Shown here: piece after piece, positions 39,181-50,070 of the stretch
Layout of the letters: each line of letters opens with the position of its first letter
How positions within the stretch are numbered: position 1 is the first letter of the stretch
Assembly (NCBI GenBank): GCA_036676395.1
Contig: JAKFCY010000002.1
Span: forward strand, 1,856,001-1,920,000
Reading direction: 5' to 3'
Length of the DNA stretch: 64,000 nucleotides
From: Bdellovibrio sp.
GTDB lineage: Bacteria > Bdellovibrionota > Bdellovibrionia > Bdellovibrionales > Bdellovibrionaceae
Made by a program: the position numbers and the translations under genes
Notes under the pieces: model-generated
Database searches by the model: none
What the model was told of the DNA's origin: nothing
What the model saw: only the letters and a program-made list of their open reading frames with translations

Positions 39181-41277
39181 CTACTGCATTAAAGCTTTAC
39201 GAGAAAGTTTAATACGCCCTGAACGGTCTACTTCAAGTACTTTTACGTCAATCATTTCGCCCTCTTTAAGAACGTCTGTTACTTGGCGTACGCGCTCGTT
39301 AGCAAGCTCAGAGATATGTAATAAACCTTGTGTGTTCGGAAGGATTTCTACGAAAGCTCCGAATTCAGCAATTTTCATTACTTTACCTTTATAAACTTTT
39401 CCAACTTCTGCTTCAGCACAGATTGATTCGATGATCGCGATAGCTTTTTTAGTTGCTGCTGGATCAGATGAAGCGATGTTGATTGTACCATCATCTTGAA
39501 TTTCAATTTTAACGCCAGTTTGTTCAGTGATTGAACGAATAACTTTACCGCCCGAACCGATAACTTCACGGATTTTATCAACTTTAATTTTGATCGTTTC
39601 AATACGAGGAGCAAATTCAGACATTTGACCGCGAGGAGCTTTCATCACTTTTTCCATTTCGCCTAGGATGAATAAACGTCCGTCACGAGCTTGGTTAAGT
39701 GCTGTTTCCATAACTGCAAAAGAAACTGAATCGATTTTGATATCCATTTGTAAAGCTGTGATACCAGTAGACGATCCTGCAACTTTAAAATCCATATCAC
39801 CTAAGTGATCTTCATCACCTAAGATATCAGAAAGAACGGCAACGCGGTCGCCTTCTTTAATTAAACCCATCGCAATACCTGCAATGTTTGTTTTAATTTT
39901 GATACCAGCATCAAGCATCGCTAAAGTTGCAGCACATACTGAACCCATTGAGCTTGAACCATTTGATTCTAAAACTTCAGAAACTAAACGGATTGTGTAT
40001 GGGAATTGCGCGTGATCAGGAGCCACTGCTTTAACTGAACGTTCAGCTAAGTTTCCGTGACCGATTTCGCGACGACCTTGACCGCCGAAACGACCTACTT
40101 CGCCCACAGAGTATGGAGGAAAGTTGTAGTGTAATGAAAATTTACGTTTAACAGTTCCGTTTAATGTTTCAACTGTTTGTTCATCATCAGCTGTACCTAA
40201 AGTTACAGTCGCTAAACACTGAGTCTCACCACGTTGGAATAAACCAGAACCATGGGCACGTGGTAATAAACCAACTTCACACATGATCGGACGAACTGTT
40301 TTTAAATCGCGACCGTCAATACGAGAAGCTGTATCTAAAATTTGTGAACGAGCTACTTTGTATTTAATATCTTCGATAACTGTTGAAACTTCTGATTTAC
40401 GTTGAGCCTGAAGTTTTTCATCAGTGATTGTTTTCACTAACTGAGTAACAGCAGCATCTTTAGCTGCATCAAATGCCGCATAACGATCTTGTTTAATTTT
40501 TTGCGATAATGCTTTTTGAATCATTGGTGTTAATAATGTTTCAGCTTGAGTTCTGAAATCAGCATCAATCTTAGCTGCCGTGAACGGACGTTTTGCTACA
40601 CTTCCTGTTTTTTCACGTAACTCTTCTTGCATTTGTAATAACGGCATTAAAGCTTGGTGACCGAATTTTAAAGCAGCTAGTGCGTCTGCTTCAGAGATAA
40701 ATTTCGTTTCGCCTTCAACCATTAATAAACCATTTTTAGTTCCAGATACGATGATGTCCATATCTGATTGAGTTAATTGCTCAGGAGTAGGATTTGCAAT
40801 AAATTGACCGTTTACACGACCAACTTGGCAAGTCGCTGTAGGACCAGCAAATGGAATATTAGAAATATGCAATGCAGCTGAAGCTCCTAAAGAAGCTAAT
40901 ACGTCCATTGAGAATGAACCGTCAGCTGAAAGAATAGTTGCTACAACTTGCGTGTCGTTTAAATAACCTTCAGGAAAAAGTGGGCGGATCGGACGATCAA
41001 CCATACGTGCACTTAATACTGAATCATTTGAAGGTTTACCTTCACGTTTGAAATAACCGCCCGGGATTTTTCCGATAGCGTAATATTTTTCGATGAATTC
41101 AACTGTTAAAGGGAAAAAGCTTTGTCCTGGTTTTGCTTCTTTAGAAGATACTGCAGTAACTAAAACTACGTTGTTGCCACATGTAACTAAAACTGAACCA
41201 TCAGTTTGTTTAGCAAGGCGTCCTGTTTCGATTGTGATTTGTTTTCCTGCGATTGAGGTTGTAACTGTGTTGACCAT
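39181..41277 (-). CDS. pnp: Polyribonucleotide nucleotidyltransferase
   Basis: ETGRLAKQ, RREIGHG, ESNGSSSM, GDMDFKVAG, KH and S1 domains. Confidence 0.99.
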   Translation of the reverse strand: MVNTVTTSIAGKQITIETGRLAKQTDGSVLVTCGNNVVLVTAVSSKEAKPGQSFFPLTVEFIEKYYAIGKIPGGYFKREGKPSNDSVLSARMVDRPIRPLFPEGYLNDTQVVATILSADGSFSMDVLASLGASAALHISNIPFAGPTATCQVGRVNGQFIANPTPEQLTQSDMDIIVSGTKNGLLMVEGETKFISEADALAALKFGHQALMPLLQMQEELREKTGSVAKRPFTAAKIDADFRTQAETLLTPMIQKALSQKIKQDRYAAFDAAKDAAVTQLVKTITDEKLQAQRKSEVSTVIEDIKYKVARSQILDTASRIDGRDLKTVRPIMCEVGLLPRAHGSGLFQRGETQCLATVTLGTADDEQTVETLNGTVKRKFSLHYNFPPYSVGEVGRFGGQGRREIGHGNLAERSVKAVAPDHAQFPYTIRLVSEVLESNGSSSMGSVCAATLAMLDAGIKIKTNIAGIAMGLIKEGDRVAVLSDILGDEDHLGDMDFKVAGSSTGITALQMDIKIDSVSFAVMETALNQARDGRLFILGEMEKVMKAPRGQMSEFAPRIETIKIKVDKIREVIGSGGKVIRSITEQTGVKIEIQDDGTINIASSDPAATKKAIAIIESICAEAEVGKVYKGKVMKIAEFGAFVEILPNTQGLLHISELANERVRQVTDVLKEGEMIDVKVLEVDRSGRIKLSRKALMQ

Positions 41278-41466
41278 TATTGTAGGTCTCCTTTTATATT
41301 TTTTCTGAAATCTTTCAGATTTACTTTTTTGTCGTTTTTACTTACCGACATTAAGACATAAATTTAACATTTCGCCAATGAAAAAAGGGCCAGTTTCTCT
41401 CTCGAGGATTGTCTGATTTTTCATCTTAATTTTGAGTGTGATTTTCGGCCTGCGTCACAGCCTAAA

Positions 41467-42738
41467 CTACTTAGCATTACCTGAAGAACTGCTCTTTTTT
41501 ACGTCATTGCCAGAGTTTTCTGAGCTTGATACTGAAGTGTTCGCAAATTGGCTTAAACCTTTTAGTTTATTGGTGTGTTTTGGACAAGTTTTGCGGTTAT
41601 CTAAGTAGTTTCCAAGCAAACCGGTAAAGGCGTAACCTGAAACTTTATGTTCTCCTGAACCGTAAGAGGCGCATAAATAAGACTCAGGGTGAGCTTTCTT
41701 TTGCTTTTTTAAAGACTCAGAAACCATGTCATTGATTTCTGAATTATTCATCAGTGAATTAAGCATGATCTCTGACGTTCCCGCCCCATACACCGGCGTT
41801 GTTCCCATATGCACTTTGTATAAACATTGATTGCTCATCGGCTCAGTCACACCGAACTTGCCAAAGCCATTAAATGATTGTGCATACATGGCCATCTTTT
41901 CTTCAGGCCGCCTCATGCCGGCAGATCGCCTTGCGGCTGAAGTAAAACGATTTTGCATATACTTATGCGCCATTATATCTAAAATTTTTAAACGCAACTC
42001 ATCACCTGGATATGAAAAAACCTGATCTATCTTTTCTTCATCACGAATCGGTTCATGCACGAATCCTGCTGGATTTGTTTTAACCACCATACAGCACTCA
42101 TCTTTCTGGGGGTTGCTCACTAGAAAAAACATTGCACTTTGACCAACGGCAAAATTTTCAAGACAAACCGTATGATCTTTTCCTTTTGGGTCTTCGGTAA
42201 ATTTTTTCAGACGCGAGCTGCGGTTTTTTAAATCCACCAGGCCGTTGTCATACCCTGTTCTTTCGCGGTCACAGCCCATGGTATCACCAACAGCAATAGC
42301 ATCCAGTGGAATAGTCCCGAAAGCTGAAGCATAAGATTGCGCCGAAGTCATATTGTCGACCACCTTGCGGCCTGCAAGCGGTGGGTTTTCAGTCACAACG
42401 ATCGCTAAAGCCAAATAGGGATCATTGCCCGCCTTGATCGCAGAATCTATAATTTCTTGCACAGTTTTTTTATGATACTTTGTCGATTCTTTACTTTGAT
42501 AATACTGATCGTTGGGCATTGATAGCGTCATCAGTTCAGATGATTTATTTGTTTTTTTAGAATCAAAACAATTTAAATATCCATTGGCTAAAAAGGCTTT
42601 ACACTCGTCAGTGTTTTGATTAACCGTCACGTTTTCAAAACGTGTTATTTTTTTCTCAGCACATGAAATTTTATATTCATAAGCAGATGCATGAACGCCA
42701 GCAAAAATTATAAGCGTAGAAAGTTTATTTAACTTCAT
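41467..42738 (-). CDS. Secreted Cys-rich protein, possible lytic transglycosylase or lysozyme-like fold
   Basis: Signal peptide (ASA); IIDSAIKAGNDPYLALAIVVTE resembles SLT motif I; QSFNGFG resembles the YNxG motif; 10 Cys. Confidence 0.55.
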   Translation of the reverse strand: MKLNKLSTLIIFAGVHASAYEYKISCAEKKITRFENVTVNQNTDECKAFLANGYLNCFDSKKTNKSSELMTLSMPNDQYYQSKESTKYHKKTVQEIIDSAIKAGNDPYLALAIVVTENPPLAGRKVVDNMTSAQSYASAFGTIPLDAIAVGDTMGCDRERTGYDNGLVDLKNRSSRLKKFTEDPKGKDHTVCLENFAVGQSAMFFLVSNPQKDECCMVVKTNPAGFVHEPIRDEEKIDQVFSYPGDELRLKILDIMAHKYMQNRFTSAARRSAGMRRPEEKMAMYAQSFNGFGKFGVTEPMSNQCLYKVHMGTTPVYGAGTSEIMLNSLMNNSEINDMVSESLKKQKKAHPESYLCASYGSGEHKVSGYAFTGLLGNYLDNRKTCPKHTNKLKGLSQFANTSVSSSENSGNDVKKSSSSGNAK

Positions 42739-43144
42739 AAACTTTTGTGACCTTATTGTAATTCCACGTCATCTTACCGGATTTTGCGTCAGCAGATTTG
42801 GTTTCGGTTAAAATTTCAGGCAAGTCAGAATCTTTGACTGATTTTGACTGCGCAAAAACGCCATCGATCATTCCGGCGAAATCAAAACTTCCACTCGGGT
42901 TTTTTACGAAGGCGTAATACGTGCAAAGTCCGCTGCCACAAGCTGCCGAAGAATTTAAAAGGATTACGCCGTGCTTAAAAGCTTTATCCTTTTTCAAAAC
43001 GATACGTCGAATGTCATCAGGATTTACTTTTTCTTTTTGCGCCACATATTCAGGTAAAAATGATTCTTTCAATGTGGTTTTTGCTGTTTGTGAAAACGCG
43101 AATACCGAAGCAAAAAGCACTATGAAAAATGAAACTTTATCCAT
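42725..43144 (-). CDS. Small secreted protein with a CGSGLC motif
   Basis: Signal peptide (VFAFS); 14-bp overlap with the downstream gene. Confidence 0.7.
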   Translation of the reverse strand: MDKVSFFIVLFASVFAFSQTAKTTLKESFLPEYVAQKEKVNPDDIRRIVLKKDKAFKHGVILLNSSAACGSGLCTYYAFVKNPSGSFDFAGMIDGVFAQSKSVKDSDLPEILTETKSADAKSGKMTWNYNKVTKVYEVK

Positions 43145-43220
43145 AGCTTATTTAAACATTTTTTTTGAATGTTGGGTAAAAACAAGGCTTAACACAGGAC
43201 TTTTGTTAGGTCCTAAAAAT

Positions 43221-43250
43221 AAAAAACCCAGATCTTTCAATCTGGGTTTT
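43221..43250 (-). terminator. Intrinsic terminator after rpsO
   Basis: AAAACCCAGAT-loop-ATCTGGGTTTT hairpin with U tract. Confidence 0.85.
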
Positions 43251-43277
43251 ATTAATCTTGAACTGTAAGGTTCTAAA

Positions 43278-43547
43278 TTATTTACGGATTTCTAATGCTT
43301 TGATTAGAGTTTCGTAACGAGAAGTGCTTCTAGATTTTAAATAATCTAAAAGTTGGCGACGTTGATTTACACATTGTAAAAGACCACGACGGCTGTGGTT
43401 GTCTTTTTTGTGAGTTGCGAAGTGACCTGTTAAATCGTTAATACGAGCCGTAAGTAACGCAACTTGAACTTCTGGAGATCCAGTGTCTAGTTCGCCAGTT
43501 TTGAATTTTTTTAAGATGTCTGCTTTTTGTTGTTTTGTAACTGCCAT
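43278..43547 (-). CDS. rpsO: 30S ribosomal protein S15
   Basis: [29 protein letters not shown]. Confidence 0.99.
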   Translation of the reverse strand: MAVTKQQKADILKKFKTGELDTGSPEVQVALLTARINDLTGHFATHKKDNHSRRGLLQCVNQRRQLLDYLKSRSTSRYETLIKALEIRK

Positions 43548-43635
43548 TAAATGCTCCTATGCATGTCGTGTGTTTTAATCCGCTCTCCGAATCCTCGTCA
43601 TGACTGACTTAGGGCCCCGATTTGTGCGATGGAAT

Positions 43636-43664
43636 TTTTTAACAATTTCGATAGTTTATGGCAA
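43636..43664 (-). promoter_or_regulatory. Sigma70-like promoter of rpsO (TTGCCA-N17-TAAAAA, extended TG)
   Basis: Consensus spacing; implies a leader of about 80 nt. Confidence 0.55.
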
Positions 43665-43668
43665 GAGA

Positions 43669-44610
43669 TTAATAGCGAAACCCGCGTTTGATCTTAAAGC
43701 CCTGCTCAGGCTCTAAGCCAATAATAGCTAAAACCTGTTTAGTGGCTTTAGAGCTAGCAAAGATCCATTGATCCTTGCATGGGTTAAATCCTACAATCAA
43801 TTTAGAACGCAGATCATGGCTAATTTGGCCGTTATTCAATAACATCTCGTCATGGCCATCCACTTTTACAATACGAACGCCAGAAACTGCCTCCGTCATA
43901 GGCACAATCTTATCATTCATATCCAAAGTATTCGCCTCTTTTGCCGCAAGCATAGCCTCTAACGGCTGCGCTTGGGCTATCGAAAACTCATGCGATTTCG
44001 TACGACGCAGGTTCGACATCGTTGCCCCGCAGGCCAACTGTTCGCCTAAAAGCTTAACCCATGAACGGATGAAACTTCCTTTTGAACAATGTAAGTGAAA
44101 ACTATAGCGCTGTTCTTTTTCGGCTTCGGTATTTTCAACGTAAGTGACATTCCAAAACGTCATCGCTTTTGAAGGGATTTCGACATGTTCGCCTTCGCGG
44201 GCGTATTCATACAATTTTTTGCCATCAATTTTTTTAGCAGAAAATAAGGGAATCGGAAGCTGCATTTCGCCCATTAATTTTAATGCGCGTGCGATGACTT
44301 CTTCTTTTTTAACTGTCACTGGATTCGTTTTTTCAACTTGGCCTGTGATATCTAAAGTGTCGGTCTCGATACCAAGTTGCAATTGCACTTCATAAGCTTT
44401 GTCGCCTTCAGTCACTATTGAACTAAGCTTTGTAGCTTCACCAATAAGAACAACCATTAACCCACTGGCTAGCGGATCAAGAGTACCTGAATGCCCTACT
44501 TCTTTAGTGTTCGCTAAACGACGAACACGTGACACAACATCATGAGATGTCATACCCGATGGTTTATCCACGAGCAAAAGGCCATGCAGAGTTGTTCTTG
44601 GTTTAGACAT
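43669..44610 (-). CDS. truB: tRNA pseudouridine(55) synthase
   Basis: DKPSGMTSHD, GHSGTLDP, CSKGSFIR. Confidence 0.97.
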   Translation of the reverse strand: MSKPRTTLHGLLLVDKPSGMTSHDVVSRVRRLANTKEVGHSGTLDPLASGLMVVLIGEATKLSSIVTEGDKAYEVQLQLGIETDTLDITGQVEKTNPVTVKKEEVIARALKLMGEMQLPIPLFSAKKIDGKKLYEYAREGEHVEIPSKAMTFWNVTYVENTEAEKEQRYSFHLHCSKGSFIRSWVKLLGEQLACGATMSNLRRTKSHEFSIAQAQPLEAMLAAKEANTLDMNDKIVPMTEAVSGVRIVKVDGHDEMLLNNGQISHDLRSKLIVGFNPCKDQWIFASSKATKQVLAIIGLEPEQGFKIKRGFRY

Positions 44611-45019
44611 CGTCTTCTTCAGATTTTTTCTGATCTTTAGCAGACATTTCAGAAATAAGTTTTTCGATTTTTAAAATTTTCTCAGTCGATTCATCAGGAA
44701 AAAACGTTAATTTCGGCAAGTACTTCATATCTAATTTATTGCCGATTTCTTCCTGAATGTCCGGAGCCCAGTGTTGCAAGATTCCGACAGCTTCTTTCAG
44801 AACTTTGGCTTGCGTAGAATTTTGTAACTCTTCAACATTAGTTTGAAGAAGGCTTACAAACACGCGCGCCTGACGAAGATCAGCCGGAATTTGCACGCGA
44901 GTCACAGTAATTAAACCTGGAAGCTCACGCTGCAAACGTTGAATAATAAATGTAGAAATAACCGATTGAACTTCACGTTCGACGCGCGCCACACGGCGCC
45001 CGTCATTCATATTTTTCAT
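44603..45019 (-). CDS. rbfA: Ribosome-binding factor A
   Basis: RVARVE, ITVTRV...DLRQARVF, PKLTF; lies between infB and truB. Confidence 0.92.
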   Translation of the reverse strand: MKNMNDGRRVARVEREVQSVISTFIIQRLQRELPGLITVTRVQIPADLRQARVFVSLLQTNVEELQNSTQAKVLKEAVGILQHWAPDIQEEIGNKLDMKYLPKLTFFPDESTEKILKIEKLISEMSAKDQKKSEEDDV

Positions 45020-45055
45020 GACAAGAATCCTTTAAAGACCTTTACACCGAATGCT

Positions 45056-47872
45056 TTATTGCATCGGTGTAAGTTCTCTTGCGATTTCTTCCTTGAGGTA
45101 AGCTTCGATAACGTCGCCCACTTTTAGATCGTTGAAATTTTCGATGCCAATACCGCATTCAAATCCTTCTTGAACTTCTTTAGCATCGTCTTTGAAACGT
45201 TTAAGTGAAGACACTTTACCTTCGTAAACAATCTTACCTTCACGCACCAAGCGTAACATATTTGAACGTTGAATTTTTCCAGACGTTACGAAACAACCTG
45301 CAATCATGCCGATTTTCGGAACGGTGAAAGTATTTCTAACTTCGGCAGAGCCAACAGCTTTTTCAACGATTTGCGGAGCAAGTAAACCTTGCATCGCTTT
45401 TTTGATGTCATCCATCATTTCGTACACAATCGTATAGCTTCTGATATCTACGCCGATTTGCTTAGCTTTTGCTTGGGCATTTGTATCTGGTCTAACGTTA
45501 AAACCAATCACGATACCTTTTGAAGTATGCGCTAGTAATACGTCATTCTCATTTACTCCGCCTACGCCTGAGTGAATAACTTTAGTTTTAACTTCCATAG
45601 AATTGGCTTTCGCAAGCATTCCCTGAATAGCTTCTAAAGAACCTTGAACGTCAGCTTTTAAAACGATGTTTAAGTCTTTAACATCACCTTGAGTTACACG
45701 AGAGAATAAATCTTCAAGAGTCATTTTCTTGTGGAATTCTTTTTCTTTTAAAGTTTTATCTTTTCTGATTTGAACAACTTCTTCAGCTGTTTTTTCATCT
45801 TTAACAACGTCGAAGCGATCGCCCGCTGCAGGAACTCCATCAAGACCTAAGATTTCTGCCGGCATGCCTGGTAACACTTCATCAATGCGCTCGCCTTTAT
45901 CGTTGATTAACGATTTCACGCGGCCTTTCATTGAACCTGCTACGATGTACTGACCCACTTTAACGTGACCATCTTTAACTAAGATAGTGGCTACAGGGCC
46001 TTTGCCTTTTTCAAGCTTGGCTTCAATAACTAATCCAGAACCAGAGTTCTTAGGATTAGCTTTTAACTCAGCCACTTCGGCTAATAGCTTAATATTTTCT
46101 AATAATTTATCGATACCAGTGTGCTTCAATGCCGACACTTCAACAAAGATCGTGTTACCGCCCCATTCTTCGGGAACGATTTCAAGCTCTGTTAATTGCT
46201 GTTTAATACGGTCTGGATTAGCCCCTGGTTTATCCATTTTATTAACCGCAACGATCATTGGAACACCAGCAGCTTTAGCGTGATTAATGGCTTCAGCCGT
46301 TTGTGGCATCATACCATCATCAGCAGCTACTACGATAATCGCGATATCAGTTGCATTGGCCCCACGCGCACGCATTGCTGTGAACGCTTCATGGCCCGGA
46401 GTATCTAAGAAAGTAATTAAAGATCCATCTGGAGCAGTTACTGAATACGCACCGATATGCTGAGTGATACCACCGGCTTCGCCAGCAGCTACTTTTGCAG
46501 AACGGATTGCATCTAGTAATGATGTTTTACCGTGATCGACGTGACCCATTACAGTCACAACCGGTGGACGGATAATCACATCAGCTTCGTCACCGCTGAA
46601 TGCTTTTTCAAGAACAACATCTTCAGCAGATTTGAATACGTTTTCTGCTTCCCAACCGAAATCTCCAACAGTTAGTGCAACTGTATCGAAATCTAAGTCA
46701 GTGTTCACATTGGCCATCACGCCATTTTTCATTAACACTTTAACTAACTGAGCGGCTTTTAAGCCCATCTCTGCAGCCATATCACCTAATTTAATTTTTC
46801 CGTTAACTTTTAAAACACGTTTAGAAGCTTTTGGTTTCGTAATTTGAGTTTTTAAAGCCTCGCGGTTTAACACGGCTAATTTTTTCTTAGGTTGGAAAAC
46901 CATTTCACGCTTGCGGAATTCAACAGCGTTAAAGCTTGATACAAGTGATTCTTGTTCTTTTTCTTTAGCTGAGATTCCAGTTGCTTGCGAGAACGTGCGC
47001 GATTTTTTATCGCGATCACGTCTTGTATCTTCAGTAAAATTTGGAGTTGGAGCATCAGGAATAGTTTGTTGAGCTACGAAGCCCGGACGAATATTTCTTG
47101 CGCTGCTTGGACCACCAGGACGAGGAGTAAATCCACCACCGCCACCGCCGCCACCTGGGCTGCGTTGAAATCCGCCACCTTGTGGGCGATTACCTTGATA
47201 TCCACCCGTGTTTGTTGCGCCCGGAGGAGCTTGAACACGGCTTAAATCCATACGACCGATAATATTTCTTCTAGAGGCAACTGCCGTAGAACTTGCAACA
47301 CCGCTATCACCGATAGCGACTTCTTTTTTACGCGCGACAACTGGAGCTGCAGGTGCAGCTGGAGCCGCCGGAGCCGCTGGCGCCACAGGAGGAGCCACTG
47401 GAGCTGCTGCTGCAACTTCAGGTTTTGGCTCAGCTTTAACTTCTACCGCCACAGGTGTTGGCGCTGTTGGAGCTTCGGCTTCTACAACTTCAGGAGCTTC
47501 TTCAGGTTTTGAAATCACGCGTGCTTTGATTTCAACAGCTGGTTCAGCTTCTTTTGTTTTACGTCGAATGACATTTGCTTTTGGCGCTTCCGCAGCCGGA
47601 GCTTCAGCTGAGGCGGCGGCTTTTTTAGCCGCTTTTGGTGCTGCCGCAGCTTTAGGAGCAGCGGCTTTTCTAGTCGCTGTCTTTTTTGGTTTTTCATCTG
47701 TCGCAGACTCAGCCGGAGCAGAAAGTTTAGCCTTTAATGTGGCTAATACTTCAGGCTCTAGTTCAGCCATGTGATTTTTAATCGGTAAATGCCATTCTTT
47801 GATTTTGTCCATCAAAGCTAATGGGGTCATCCCGACTTCTTTTGCGAATTCAAAAACTTTTGGATTACTCAC
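45056..47872 (-). CDS. infB: Translation initiation factor IF-2
   Basis: [41 protein letters not shown] start. Confidence 0.99.
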   Translation of the reverse strand: MSNPKVFEFAKEVGMTPLALMDKIKEWHLPIKNHMAELEPEVLATLKAKLSAPAESATDEKPKKTATRKAAAPKAAAAPKAAKKAAASAEAPAAEAPKANVIRRKTKEAEPAVEIKARVISKPEEAPEVVEAEAPTAPTPVAVEVKAEPKPEVAAAAPVAPPVAPAAPAAPAAPAAPVVARKKEVAIGDSGVASSTAVASRRNIIGRMDLSRVQAPPGATNTGGYQGNRPQGGGFQRSPGGGGGGGGFTPRPGGPSSARNIRPGFVAQQTIPDAPTPNFTEDTRRDRDKKSRTFSQATGISAKEKEQESLVSSFNAVEFRKREMVFQPKKKLAVLNREALKTQITKPKASKRVLKVNGKIKLGDMAAEMGLKAAQLVKVLMKNGVMANVNTDLDFDTVALTVGDFGWEAENVFKSAEDVVLEKAFSGDEADVIIRPPVVTVMGHVDHGKTSLLDAIRSAKVAAGEAGGITQHIGAYSVTAPDGSLITFLDTPGHEAFTAMRARGANATDIAIIVVAADDGMMPQTAEAINHAKAAGVPMIVAVNKMDKPGANPDRIKQQLTELEIVPEEWGGNTIFVEVSALKHTGIDKLLENIKLLAEVAELKANPKNSGSGLVIEAKLEKGKGPVATILVKDGHVKVGQYIVAGSMKGRVKSLINDKGERIDEVLPGMPAEILGLDGVPAAGDRFDVVKDEKTAEEVVQIRKDKTLKEKEFHKKMTLEDLFSRVTQGDVKDLNIVLKADVQGSLEAIQGMLAKANSMEVKTKVIHSGVGGVNENDVLLAHTSKGIVIGFNVRPDTNAQAKAKQIGVDIRSYTIVYEMMDDIKKAMQGLLAPQIVEKAVGSAEVRNTFTVPKIGMIAGCFVTSGKIQRSNMLRLVREGKIVYEGKVSSLKRFKDDAKEVQEGFECGIGIENFNDLKVGDVIEAYLKEEIARELTPMQ

Positions 47873-47904
47873 GCGTAAATACCTTTTTTCTTCTTAACGA
47901 GAAC

Positions 47905-49299
47905 CTAGTTCTCGTCCGATTTTAGCTTAGATAATTCAGCTTTTAACTGATCTTCTGCTCTTTGTTTAACCGATGATCCGGCTTCTTTAGCAGCTTGTAA
48001 TTGTGGCGAAGTGGGAACAGGTAAACCTTGTTCTTTGTACTTCTCAATTAAGGCTGCAGCATCAGAAATTAACTTCTGAGCTTTGTCTTGGTCTTCATAA
48101 CCAGGGATTGTCATAATTTCTTCAGCAGATGCTTTTGCTAAAGATTGGAAAGATCCAAAACCTGATTGTAAAATATTTTGCGCCATCGTTTCGTTCATAC
48201 CTGGCAATAACATCAAGTTGAAAATCGACTCAGCCGTACGAGATTGTACAGAAGTCGTAGAAATAATATCTAATTTCCAACCAGTTAATTTTGCCGCTAA
48301 ACGAACGTTTTGGCCTTTTTTACCGATAGCTAAAGATAATTGAGAATCTGGAACAACGATTTCCATCTCTTTATTTTCTTCATCTAAGTAAACTTTAGCA
48401 ATTTCAGCAGGAGCTAATGCATTACATGCAAAGCGTGTAACGTCTTCGTCCCATAAAACGATATCGATTTTTTCGCCACGTAATTCCTGAACGATATTTT
48501 GAACGCGCGAACCTTTCATACCAACACAAGCTCCAACTGGATCTACTGAGTTGTCATTTGAACGAACGGCGATTTTTGCACGTTGTCCCGGTTCGCGAGC
48601 CGCAGACATAATTTCAACGATGTCGTCATAAATTTCCGGAACTTCCATTTCGAATAATTTAACTAAATAACGCTCATCTGCACGAGACATGATAATTTGT
48701 GGTCCACGTGTTGTTTGACGAACTTCAGATAAATAACCTTGAATACGATCACCTGGTTTGAAAATTTCGCCAGGAATTTGTTCGCGCGGTGGGATGTGGG
48801 CTTCCGTGCGGCCTAAGTCTACAACGATCGCGCCTTTTTCAACACGACGTGCGATACCAGAAGCGACTTCACCTTTACGCTCTTCAAATTCAGAGAAAAT
48901 GATTTCGCGTTCAGCATCACGTACTTTTTGTAAAATAATTTGTTTAGCAGTTTGAGCTGCAATACGGCCTAAATCGCCAGATTCTAATTTGATACCGATT
49001 GAATCGTCTAATTGAGCACCTGGATCAAGTTTTAAAGCTTCATCAAGAGGGATTTCAACTTCTTCATCGATAAATTTTTCGCGTAAAACAACTTCTTTAA
49101 ATTCGTAAAGTTCAACTTCGCCAGTCTCTTCGTTGTATTGTGCTTCGATTTCACGGTAAGTGCCGTATTTTTTTCTAGCAGCCACAAGCATCGCTTGTTT
49201 AACAGCATCAACGATAACAGCTTTATCGATACCTTTGTCTTTTCCAACTTGGTCGATAACTTTTGATAGATCGTTTATGTTTAGTACATTTTCTGCCAT
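47905..49299 (-). CDS. nusA: Transcription termination factor NusA
   Basis: GRIAAQTAKQ, AREPGQRAK, DPVGACVGMKGSR, AIGKKGQNVRLA. Confidence 0.99.
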   Translation of the reverse strand: MAENVLNINDLSKVIDQVGKDKGIDKAVIVDAVKQAMLVAARKKYGTYREIEAQYNEETGEVELYEFKEVVLREKFIDEEVEIPLDEALKLDPGAQLDDSIGIKLESGDLGRIAAQTAKQIILQKVRDAEREIIFSEFEERKGEVASGIARRVEKGAIVVDLGRTEAHIPPREQIPGEIFKPGDRIQGYLSEVRQTTRGPQIIMSRADERYLVKLFEMEVPEIYDDIVEIMSAAREPGQRAKIAVRSNDNSVDPVGACVGMKGSRVQNIVQELRGEKIDIVLWDEDVTRFACNALAPAEIAKVYLDEENKEMEIVVPDSQLSLAIGKKGQNVRLAAKLTGWKLDIISTTSVQSRTAESIFNLMLLPGMNETMAQNILQSGFGSFQSLAKASAEEIMTIPGYEDQDKAQKLISDAAALIEKYKEQGLPVPTSPQLQAAKEAGSSVKQRAEDQLKAELSKLKSDEN

Positions 49300-49334
49300 A
49301 GTAACCCTCTCTATTTACGCCTAAGAATAGTTAA

Positions 49335-49910
49335 TTAAAACTTCTTCTTAGTACCTTTTGTATTCTCTTTAAAATCAAAAACTAATTTCGCCTTTTGAAC
49401 TAAGTTCAATGGCACTTTTAAAGTTTCCTGTCTGAAATCGAAAACTAAGTTTTCGCCATCAACAGCTTTTAAAACTTCTTCAAACTTTTTCGTCAGTTGA
49501 ATCGCTTTTTCTTGGGCTCCTAAAGAACCTAAGTTTTGATCCATCTGAACAAATATCTTTTTACCCACCACTTTTTCAAAGTGGTATTTGGTTTTTAACT
49601 GACGATCCAAACCAGGGCTTGAAACTTCTAAACTGTAAGCTCCACCCGGAACGATCTCTGGACCACCTTCAACATCAAGCACTTCATTTAACGCCCGCGC
49701 CACGTTCGAACAATCTTCGATACCCACGCCTGTCGTTACAGTGCCGTCTTCATGTGTTGTTGATGTTTGCTTATCAATAAAGATTCTAAGAACTCGAGCA
49801 TTACCTGAACCGGATACTTCGACATCATAAAGTTCACACCCTTGTTTTTGGGCGATGTCGCTCACTATAGTTTCTACTTTTTTTACCCAGGGCTCTGTCT
49901 TTTGTTCCAA
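49335..49910 (-). CDS. rimP: Ribosome maturation factor RimP
   Basis: LRIFID, IEDC, YSLEVSSPGLDR; TTG start. Confidence 0.95.
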   Translation of the reverse strand: MEQKTEPWVKKVETIVSDIAQKQGCELYDVEVSGSGNARVLRIFIDKQTSTTHEDGTVTTGVGIEDCSNVARALNEVLDVEGGPEIVPGGAYSLEVSSPGLDRQLKTKYHFEKVVGKKIFVQMDQNLGSLGAQEKAIQLTKKFEEVLKAVDGENLVFDFRQETLKVPLNLVQKAKLVFDFKENTKGTKKKF

Positions 49911-49944
49911 CTAACGCTTTTCCTTTAACTTTTACTACCCCTTA

Positions 49945-50032
49945 AAAACAAAAAAGACCTCAAAGGGTCTTTTCGTAACCATCCATTAAAGATGGCTGAG
50001 GCCAAAAAAAATTGGGCTTTAAGGGCCCAATT
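49945..50032 (-). promoter_or_regulatory. rimP leader with two tandem terminator-like hairpins
   Basis: AATTGGGC-loop-GCCCAATT plus U tract (50004-50032); AAAAGACC-loop-GGTCTTTT plus U tract (49945-49973); a third hairpin between them. Confidence 0.75.
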
Positions 50033-50040
50033 CAGACTCA

Positions 50041-50069
50041 AAGCTATCAAATGGTTATCAGATTGGCAA
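50041..50069 (-). promoter_or_regulatory. Sigma70-like promoter of the rimP-nusA-infB operon (TTGCCA-N17-TAGCTT)
   Basis: Consensus spacing immediately upstream of the rimP leader. Confidence 0.6.
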
Positions 50070-50070
50070 T

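Noticed and set aside
41443..41450. GCCGAAAA (minus strand) upstream of pnp as a sigma28 -10 box
   Set aside because: No TAAA/TAAG-like -35 at 15-nt spacing, imperfect box and a housekeeping target.
47100..47700. PAAPAAP and Gly-rich repeats in infB
   Set aside because: Low-complexity N-terminal regions are normal in IF-2.
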